This document shows positions 57,758 through 63,857 of a stretch of 64,000 nt of DNA, one piece after another. The notes below the pieces were generated by a model. The model was not told the origin of the DNA. It saw nothing but the letters and a program-made list of their open reading frames with translations, and ran no database searches. The number at the start of each line of letters is the position of its first letter. Positions within the stretch are counted from its first letter, which is position 1. The position numbers and the translations under genes were made by a program. The stretch lies in the IMG/VR virus record IMGVR_UViG_3300012988_000016, positions 244,896 to 308,895 of that record; one strand, 5' to 3'.

Positions 57758-58024
57758 ATGAACCGTGAAACCAGAGAAGAGGTGATTCGCCTGTTGTCCG
57801 AGATGACAGGGGAATCGGACTCGATCCAGATTCAGACGATGCGGATCCCCGCCTGTATGGTGCGACCAGGCGATCGGTGGCCCTGCTATCAGAAGCCCAC
57901 ACTTGTCGTAAAGACGGTGCTTAATTCAAACGAAACGATGAGGTTCACGTTCGAGGACGGCCGCACAAGCACCACCTGGGCTAGCGGGACATCGATTGAG
58001 GTGGTGCGGCTGACGGCTATCTAG
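57758..58024 (+). CDS. small beta-barrel protein
   Basis: Similar to 15867-16064. Confidence 0.6.
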   Translation: MNRETREEVIRLLSEMTGESDSIQIQTMRIPACMVRPGDRWPCYQKPTLVVKTVLNSNETMRFTFEDGRTSTTWASGTSIEVVRLTAI

Positions 58025-58097
58025 CTGCTTTCACAGCTCGTTTTGACCCGAACGAGCTGTAGGGCTGGTGTAAGTGAGGGGATGAAAGGAGGTTCTC

Positions 58098-58313
58098 ATG
58101 CAAGAAGGAGACCTCGTTACGTTGAAGACAGCGGACAGCCCCATCATGGTAATCGAAAGTTTCCAGACGGGTGAACGTATTGCAAAGTGTGTATGGTGGA
58201 ATCCTTGGAGTAAGGAGATCCGTCATGAACAAATATACATTGGGGGTCTAAAGGAGTATGTACCTCCAAAACCAGACAATGGTAGGACCCTAAAAGTTGG
58301 AGTAAAGCGTTAA
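58098..58313 (+). CDS. YodC/DUF2158-like protein
   Basis: GDLVTLK...PIMVI...CVWW; AAGGAGG RBS. Confidence 0.75.
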   Translation: MQEGDLVTLKTADSPIMVIESFQTGERIAKCVWWNPWSKEIRHEQIYIGGLKEYVPPKPDNGRTLKVGVKR

Positions 58314-58337
58314 CTCCCGCCCACCCCGGCCGTACTA
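58310..58337 (+). promoter_or_regulatory. class A motif driving the tRNA-like pair
   Basis: TTAACTC-N12-GCCGTACTA; no ATG at +1. Confidence 0.7.
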
Positions 58338-58373
58338 TCAATCAAGGGCAACGGAGTCATGACCCACAGCCCC

Positions 58374-58465
58374 CAGTCGAATAGTTGGCCGGTTGCCAGC
58401 ATCTGATCCAATAACTCAGAATCGGGCGAGACGTCGCCCCAGGGGTTCAACTCCCCCTCGACGGT
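58374..58465 (+). tRNA. atypical tRNA-like gene (8/4 fold, long variable arm, 9-nt anticodon loop; identity undetermined)
   Basis: D-stem GTTGGC/GCCAGC, anticodon stem TCTGA/TCAGA, V-arm GGGCGA/TCGCCC, T-arm GGGG-TTCAACT-CCCC, acceptor 6/8 paired. Confidence 0.6.
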
Positions 58466-58538
58466 TTGCGGCTAGTTCAACAGGAAGAGCGACCCTTGTT
58501 AAAAGGGAGAGAAGTGGGTTCGAGGCCCACGCCGTGAG
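58466..58538 (+). tRNA. atypical tRNA-like gene (anticodon loop GTTAA, Asn-like)
   Basis: Acceptor TTGCGGC/GCCGTGA, TA, D GTTC/GAGC, CCCTT-GTTAA-AAGGG, T GTGGG-TTCGAGG-CCCAC. Confidence 0.7.
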
Positions 58539-58541
58539 CAA

Positions 58542-58745
58542 ATGGCACAACTGACCGAAGAACGGCGAGCCTACTACGAGAAAGCGATCCTCGACTACGA
58601 ACAGTTCCTGGCCCGTCCCCATCCAGAGCACTTCTACAGCAAACCGATCAAGTTCCCCGCCAACTTCGACCCTAAGCGGACCAACCATACCCACATCCTC
58701 GCCCTGATCCAAGACGCCAAAGAACAGCTTGAACCAAATGGCTAA
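58542..58745 (+). CDS. hypothetical protein
   Basis: 67-aa ORF right after the tRNA-like pair. Confidence 0.55.
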   Translation: MAQLTEERRAYYEKAILDYEQFLARPHPEHFYSKPIKFPANFDPKRTNHTHILALIQDAKEQLEPNG

Positions 58746-58950
58746 GTGCCGCTTCTGCCATGCCCCATCTGGCCAGCCTCACGATCGGACCATCCCACAC
58801 GGCGATCCATTCAACCGGAACTTCGTTGGCGATGTGGCCCAATGCGGTTGCAGGTGGGAGCGACAACCAGGCTATGGAGACGTGCTGATCTTATGCCCGA
58901 TCCACAGTGAGATCAATCGAATTGAGTATCTCAATACTCAATCTAGCTAG
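58738..58950 (+). CDS. small Cys/His protein
   Basis: CRFC...CGC...CPIH. Confidence 0.55.
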   Translation: MAKCRFCHAPSGQPHDRTIPHGDPFNRNFVGDVAQCGCRWERQPGYGDVLILCPIHSEINRIEYLNTQSS

Positions 58951-58970
58951 TTTGGTGTAAGATTTGGATC

Positions 58971-59345
58971 ATGAAACGTAGCCCCGCCATCCTCCACATA
59001 GCTCAAGATCTACAGTGGACCCCTGAGGATGTCCTCACGCCCATCGAATCCGCCTACCAACGCCTCAAACTGGCGGGCCTCCACGTTCACCTATGTGACG
59101 ATCGACTGATCGGAGGCTCTCACTACGATGACTCGGATCATCGTATCCGTATGGTGCTGAACGGCTTCATGATCGCTCCCGAGGGAACGGGCTATCGGCT
59201 CAAGAGGGCATCCGACGGTCAGACGGACGGCATAGGGTGCCTGACGCTCGATCAAGCCATCAGGTTGGTGATCGATACGATCCAGCCTCAGCCGAATATT
59301 GAGGCCCCACCCAGACCCCCTCAAAAAGGCCCACAGCTCTATTAA
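58971..59345 (+). CDS. hypothetical protein
   Basis: Class B motif 11 nt upstream. Confidence 0.6.
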   Translation: MKRSPAILHIAQDLQWTPEDVLTPIESAYQRLKLAGLHVHLCDDRLIGGSHYDDSDHRIRMVLNGFMIAPEGTGYRLKRASDGQTDGIGCLTLDQAIRLVIDTIQPQPNIEAPPRPPQKGPQLY

Positions 59346-59369
59346 CTTTCCCCCACCTGATCCGTTATA
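59342..59369 (+). promoter_or_regulatory. class A motif driving a tRNA-like gene
   Basis: TTAACTT-N12-TCCGTTATA; no ATG at +1; CCTAGCTG/CAGCTAGG hairpin follows. Confidence 0.7.
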
Positions 59370-59437
59370 TAGATCAGAATGCATGGAGCGCCTAGCTGGC
59401 CCAAGAGGCAGCTAGGACCGAGTCAAGTCTTGGCAGC

Positions 59438-59509
59438 GATACTTTGGTGTACTGGTGCACACACCCGATAAGGGTGGAGAGTTGGGTTCGAATCCCAGCA
59501 AGTATCCCA
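59438..59509 (+). tRNA. atypical tRNA-like gene (anticodon loop GATAA, Ile-like)
   Basis: Acceptor GATACTT/AAGTATC then CCA; D GTGT/GCAC; CACCC-GATAA-GGGTG; T GTTGGG-TTCGAAT-CCCAGC. Confidence 0.75.
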
Positions 59510-59510
59510 C

Positions 59511-59714
59511 ATGAAAGAACAACTAGCCGACATCCGAGATGCCTGGCTGCTACTCATCATGATAGTGTGGTGGGTGGTGACGCTGGAGTTCCAACGCTGG
59601 GAGATTCGACGTCAGTACGCTGGTCTGACCAGGCAGCTTGAGCAGAGTCAACTGAGGCTTCAACAACTCAAGCGAGGGGTCGGGACAGTAGCGGTACGTT
59701 ACCGTGTAGGCTGA
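59511..59714 (+). CDS. small membrane protein
   Basis: TM segment plus coiled coil. Confidence 0.55.
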   Translation: MKEQLADIRDAWLLLIMIVWWVVTLEFQRWEIRRQYAGLTRQLEQSQLRLQQLKRGVGTVAVRYRVG

Positions 59715-59937
59715 ACAACTATCGGCGGCCGACTGGCCTGGCTCCCCATAGCGAAGCTACGGGCCGGCCCACCAGCCGCCGCTAAATGACCGTCTGGCCG
59801 AACCGATCGATAATCCGTTCGGGCTGTACAGATCTCCCAAAATGGCGTATCCAGTATGCGCCCCGCTCAAAACGGCAAATAGGTCAAATCCCCCTATCTA
59901 TCCAAATTTTTATCGACCGGCCATTTTTGGCTCGATC

Positions 59938-59975
59938 AAAAAATCCGCATGGCTTCGCCGGGCGGCGGATTTTTT
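59938..59975. terminator. bidirectional terminator-like hairpin
   Basis: AAAAAATCCGC...GCGGATTTTTT. Confidence 0.55.
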
Positions 59976-59992
59976 CTGGGCCCGCATTTTCC

Positions 59993-60157
59993 ATGAAACC
60001 TGATCCCAAACAGCTGATTGCTAAGGTTGAGGCCGATCTAGAGAGGGAACGGATGCGGTTCGCCCTATTGACCAAACAGCATCTGGCCAAGGTAGCGAGG
60101 CTGAAGAAGCGGATGGTTCGACTGCAAGAGCAATCTGGTCAAGAGTGGTGGCGTTGA
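59993..60157 (+). CDS. small coiled-coil protein
   Basis: Probable start MKPDPK. Confidence 0.5.
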   Translation: MKPDPKQLIAKVEADLERERMRFALLTKQHLAKVARLKKRMVRLQEQSGQEWWR

Positions 60158-60169
60158 CGCTCGATACTG

Positions 60170-60554
60170 TCAGCCAAATGCTGGGTCGAGCCGTCGCAAC
60201 AGTCCCAACATCCAGTCGATGAAGGACTGTTGCGATAGCCCTTTGAGGGCGATCCGTTCCCCGAATCTGGTACATTCGAGCCATCGGTTATCGTCAGAGA
60301 GGGTCAGGTTCAGCTGCAGGTCTCCCTCGGGGATGGGGATCGGCACATACGTTAGCTCGATCGCTCGTGGGTAGCTGCCTAGGATTTGGAGCCGCACTCC
60401 TTTGGCTGATAGGACCTAACGACTCAGCGATCTGCAGGACGGCCGGCCCCACTAGGTCGAACAGCATTCCTTCTGCCTGTGCTTGTTGATCGGAGCGAGC
60501 CTTCAGATACGCTTCACGCCCTTGGAGGAATTGGGCAACGGCTTTAAGGGACAT
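60170..60554 (-). pseudogene. possibly frameshifted gene (ORFs 60294-60554 and 60170-60397)
   Basis: Start at the palindromic class B site; a one-base shift near 60415 would join ...LQIAES to VLSAKGVRLQILG... Confidence 0.4.
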
Positions 60555-60593
60555 ACGGCCAATACACCAATTCTGGTGTATTGGCCGTATGTC
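60550..60593. promoter_or_regulatory. perfect 20-bp inverted repeat holding two divergent class B motifs and both start codons
   Basis: GACATACGGCCAATACACCA-attc-TGGTGTATTGGCCGTATGTC. Confidence 0.85.
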
Positions 60594-60810
60594 TACCAAA
60601 TACCTGTTGAGCCTCATACTGCTGCTTCAGGCATGTGGTGGCCGTGTTGACGGTGGGCCCGACCAGCCTTTCCAAACCCCTGGACCTACATCTATCTGTC
60701 GCGAAGGTGAGTTGCCCATCACATTGGAGCGTCTGACGCCTCAGCTCCGTGAAGAGTTGGAGGGGTGTAGGATGTTGGACCCGACCAAGTGGTGTTGTCC
60801 AACGGTGTAG
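60589..60810 (+). CDS. small Cys-rich lipoprotein
   Basis: LQAC lipobox followed by GG; ends WCCP. Confidence 0.7.
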   Translation: MSTKYLLSLILLLQACGGRVDGGPDQPFQTPGPTSICREGELPITLERLTPQLREELEGCRMLDPTKWCCPTV

Positions 60811-60818
60811 ACCCATCC

Positions 60819-61142
60819 ATGAAACCCACCACTACAGTTGCGATCGGTCTAGCCACCCTACTGGATGCGTTCCATTGTCTCGACACACGGGTGGAGGCGG
60901 TCTGGATCCATCCTGCCCACATGCCAGAGCTCAGAACTGACCCTGAGTACGACCCGATCGCCCAGATGTCGGTCATCCAACAAGTCAGTCAAGCTGGTGG
61001 AGGCAGGTTTGAAGGCTTGCTGTGGGGAGTCCGGATCCTAAGTTCCGAGTTGGTGCCTATGGGGCGAGCCTGTGTCTTGCTGGCAGGCTTTGAGGCCAGG
61101 TTGGTGTCGGGTGAGGGGTCGGTGCCTTTCATGATCCAATGA
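60819..61142 (+). CDS. stand-alone protein resembling a major-capsid-protein subdomain
   Basis: DAF...RVEAVWIHP...LR...GLLWGVRILSSELVPMGRACV; class B motif. Confidence 0.5.
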   Translation: MKPTTTVAIGLATLLDAFHCLDTRVEAVWIHPAHMPELRTDPEYDPIAQMSVIQQVSQAGGGRFEGLLWGVRILSSELVPMGRACVLLAGFEARLVSGEGSVPFMIQ

Positions 61143-61476
61143 ACTGGCGTAGCCTGATAGCTGCCAGTCGTCTTGACATCCAGGGTTCATTCACGAAACT
61201 GTATCGGCCGTCCATCAGTGTTATGGAGGCGATCATTTTAGATGTCCCATTGGGGTTCAGTTGCAGGATCTCAAACACGAACTGCCCATGCCAGCTACGG
61301 CTCGTTAGTAGACATCTCACGTTACGTAGTCCCGCCAGCTTGACCAAGCCGTCAATTTGCTGGATGGCTGTTGCCAACCATTCGTCTAGGAAACGTTCTT
61401 GGAATTGCTCGAACGTAAGCTCCCCAGAACGTATCTGATCATAGACCCTCCTAGCGTTCTTCGACTTGCGGGGCAT
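61129..61476 (-). CDS. hypothetical protein
   Basis: AAGGA RBS; 115 aa. Confidence 0.55.
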   Translation of the reverse strand: MPRKSKNARRVYDQIRSGELTFEQFQERFLDEWLATAIQQIDGLVKLAGLRNVRCLLTSRSWHGQFVFEILQLNPNGTSKMIASITLMDGRYSFVNEPWMSRRLAAIRLRQFIGS

Positions 61477-61960
61477 GGGGGTCCTTTACGCTGCTGAGGG
61501 GGCGTTCCCTGCAATACTGTTGCAACGCCCGTCTAGCTAGCTCATATGCCTGGAGGGCTGGGACCAGCCTAGGTTGCTTCACCCGACAGTAAGGCAGGTA
61601 GCTGTTTAGCTGCATGTCTCCAAATCGATCGGCCCAACTCAACACAGCTCCTTCGCTGCAATGGTTCCAAAGTTTGGTCTGTTCGACCAAACCTAGTCGT
61701 TTGAGCTGTTGGGCCAACGCCACGGTGGTCAGCTGGACCCTACAGACTACCTGCCTGGCTGGGGGTTCCAATGTGGCGAAGCGCTCCATGTAATCGACCA
61801 TGTTTTGGTGATTATCGAGCAGGTACTGCATGCTGGAGAGGAACTCAGGTTCGCCTAGTGGCGGGGTCCTGGGGTCTTTCGAGCCAGCCCAGGTGGGTAA
61901 GGCAATCGAGAGTACCGACAAACAGGTGAGGGCTTGGAGCATGGAGCGGCGGTTCATCAT
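61451..61960 (-). CDS. exported protein with Tat-like signal
   Basis: MNRRSML...AWA-type signal; class B motif. Confidence 0.6.
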   Translation of the reverse strand: MMNRRSMLQALTCLSVLSIALPTWAGSKDPRTPPLGEPEFLSSMQYLLDNHQNMVDYMERFATLEPPARQVVCRVQLTTVALAQQLKRLGLVEQTKLWNHCSEGAVLSWADRFGDMQLNSYLPYCRVKQPRLVPALQAYELARRALQQYCRERPLSSVKDPHAPQVEER

Positions 61961-62010
61961 TTGGGCTTTACACCGGTTATCTTTTATCCGGAAGGGCCGT
62001 TGGTGTCTAT

Positions 62011-62307
62011 ATGTCGATGAATCCCACCATCCAAATTTTCGGCCGAACCCTCGACCTGATCCGCCTGGAGTCTAAGTACGATGACCAGATCCAGTTGGGG
62101 GTCTACCGGACCCCTGCCGGTCAGTACCCTAGGATTGAGGTTAATTGGTTCACCCATGTGGGTCAACCTGACTATTTGAATCTTTCGGTCCGACTAGCCA
62201 AGGATCTTGGAGTGGGATCGTATGGGGAATCGATCAAAGAGTTGGAGCAACGGCTCAAGAAAGAATTCAGTCTCTACCGAACCATCGAAGCCGAGTTGTT
62301 GGGCTGA
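62011..62307 (+). CDS. hypothetical protein, TIxxxGRxL family
   Basis: TIQIFGRTL; class A variant at 34 nt. Confidence 0.65.
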   Translation: MSMNPTIQIFGRTLDLIRLESKYDDQIQLGVYRTPAGQYPRIEVNWFTHVGQPDYLNLSVRLAKDLGVGSYGESIKELEQRLKKEFSLYRTIEAELLG

Positions 62308-62309
62308 CC

Positions 62310-62337
62310 TTAACTTCTCCACCTGGCATCCGTTCTA
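62310..62337 (+). promoter_or_regulatory. class A promoter-like motif
   Basis: TTAACTT-N12-TCCGTTCTA-N6-ATG(62344). Confidence 0.8.
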
Positions 62338-62343
62338 CCAGGT

Positions 62344-62484
62344 ATGAAACAAACAATCTCGCTACTGGGTGATGTGCTCGCTCTCTCGTGTTTGGTGGCT
62401 GCTGTCCCTTTCATGTTGGGCATGAAGGCTTACCGGAAACTGACTGGTAAGAAGCCCGCTCGCCCGATCAACATTTTCTTCTGA
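62344..62484 (+). CDS. 46-aa membrane peptide (not in ORF track)
   Basis: MKQTISLLGDVLALSCLVAAVPFMLGMKAYRK... Confidence 0.65.
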   Translation: MKQTISLLGDVLALSCLVAAVPFMLGMKAYRKLTGKKPARPINIFF

Positions 62485-62495
62485 AGGAGATCCAG

Positions 62496-62696
62496 ATGCG
62501 AAACCATTTCCGAAGTTCTCGTCTGACCTTGGTCGAAATCCTAATCGGCCTCGCCATCTGTTTGACCGTAGCTGGTGCGATCTATAGCCTGACCTACATG
62601 GCCGTCAATGACTGTCATGACGGGCTATGGGTCCGTGACGCGATGGGGATGCCTCGTTGTATTCATACTCAAAACGTCAACCTACTGGTCCACTGA
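62496..62696 (+). CDS. prepilin-like mini protein
   Basis: AAGGAG RBS; basic leader then LTLVEILIGLAI; two C-terminal Cys. Confidence 0.6.
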   Translation: MRNHFRSSRLTLVEILIGLAICLTVAGAIYSLTYMAVNDCHDGLWVRDAMGMPRCIHTQNVNLLVH

Positions 62697-62986
62697 TGAC
62701 TCAACATACCTTGCGTGTCCATACCCGAAATGGGATCAAGACCTACACGGTCGACGGGGATAATACGGTAGATGCCATCTTTTTAGGTGAGCGACTCGCC
62801 ACCAGCGGGCCTGGTATCATGGTGGTGTGGTACAGAGATGGTGTGGCGTATCATCGTTGGATTGGGCAATCAGTTGGGGTGTGTTGGGTTGAAGTCAACG
62901 TGGGGCCGCAAGAACCCAACCGAGCTGAATCCTGGACTTTTTCTGGAGAGGTTAGGCCTTCTAAGCTTCCGTCTGACCCCACATGA
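62696..62986 (+). CDS. hypothetical protein
   Basis: Coupled start MTQHTL. Confidence 0.55.
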   Translation: MTQHTLRVHTRNGIKTYTVDGDNTVDAIFLGERLATSGPGIMVVWYRDGVAYHRWIGQSVGVCWVEVNVGPQEPNRAESWTFSGEVRPSKLPSDPT

Positions 62987-63315
62987 CCAAAATGGACCAG
63001 TTCATCAAAATACCTCATCCAACCAATCGGGTCTGGCCTGGCACTCCGTATCATGTATTGATGACGGTTGAGCAGGCCTATGAGGATGGCCGTCAGACGG
63101 GCCTCAACTGGGCGGCAGCTGACCAATACGTCCCTGGCGGACCGTCGGTCGGACCAGGGCAACACATCGGATTCTCGGCGTTGGAGGACCAGGAGCGGCG
63201 GGTCCACCGTGAATGGATGCGGGGTTGGCATGCTGGCTTTCGGCAGCAATACCCCAAGGCGGCCTTACGGCCGCAATGGTACCGAAGATTCGATTTTGAT
63301 CTATCCGACGTCTGA
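62983..63315 (+). CDS. hypothetical protein
   Basis: AYEDG...G...W.RGW..G. Confidence 0.6.
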   Translation: MTKMDQFIKIPHPTNRVWPGTPYHVLMTVEQAYEDGRQTGLNWAAADQYVPGGPSVGPGQHIGFSALEDQERRVHREWMRGWHAGFRQQYPKAALRPQWYRRFDFDLSDV

Positions 63316-63332
63316 TCGGTGTATAGACCCTA

Positions 63333-63412
63333 GTCAGCCGTTTTGGATGGTCCAGAGCTGCTGATCCAAACCCCTCCTAGAGACCGTGCGGCTCATACTA
63401 GGAGGGGTTTGG
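63333..63412 (+). ncRNA. candidate two-hairpin small RNA
   Basis: Orphan GGTGTA at 63318; hairpin GTCAGC...GCTGAT then a perfect 15-bp inverted repeat 63366-63380/63398-63412. Confidence 0.4.
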
Positions 63413-63425
63413 TGTATGTTGGCTG

Positions 63426-63827
63426 ATGAGTCAACATCAGAAATTCAAGTTCTTCAGTTTTCACCAAACCTACGACGTAGACCAGCAGATCTCCAAGCAG
63501 GTGAACGAGTGGGTCCAGACCAACCAGGTGCAGGCTTGCTCGATTGGGGTTGAGTACGTGGAACGCCTCAATTGTTTGCTGGTCAGTCTGGGTTACCTGC
63601 CTGGCATCAGATTGACCACTCCAGGCGGGGGACAGGTCGGAAGCACCAGTTTTCCGGTGGAGCTTCATACGGTCAAATTGGGCCGACTATCGTTGGGCAA
63701 GTTGGATACCCTGGAGAGTCTACTCGAAGCTGAGGCTCAAAAGTTTGACGGGGTGATTTGCCACGAATTCTATGTCAACCAACTGAATGACGTGGTGGCG
63801 GTATTTTTGGTTCAGAGTAAGGCTTAA
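63426..63827 (+). CDS. conserved hypothetical protein
   Basis: Class B motif 9 nt upstream; SIGVEY...SLGY...ICHEFY. Confidence 0.7.
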   Translation: MSQHQKFKFFSFHQTYDVDQQISKQVNEWVQTNQVQACSIGVEYVERLNCLLVSLGYLPGIRLTTPGGGQVGSTSFPVELHTVKLGRLSLGKLDTLESLLEAEAQKFDGVICHEFYVNQLNDVVAVFLVQSKA

Positions 63828-63857
63828 CTTCTAGGCGGGCTCTTCCGTTCTAGCAGC

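Noticed and set aside
58374-58465. Selenocysteine tRNA (selC)
   Set aside because: No TCA anticodon, and the T-stem is 4 bp rather than 5.
58466-58538. Ochre suppressor implying a recoded genome
   Set aside because: TAA, TAG and TGA all terminate well-tiled genes, long ORFs have no internal stops, and the TTA reading needs G33.
3258-63426. GGTGTA as a Shine-Dalgarno sequence
   Set aside because: TA does not pair with the usual anti-SD, GGTG would be too far from the start, and ordinary AAGGAG sites occur at other genes. Not fully excluded without TSS data.
1387-63852. Class A motif as an integron attC (TAAC...GTT between single-gene cassettes)
   Set aside because: Only about 17 nt lie between AAC and GTT, with no internal palindrome; copies occur on both strands and there is no intact integron integrase. 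The fixed distance to ATG fits a promoter.
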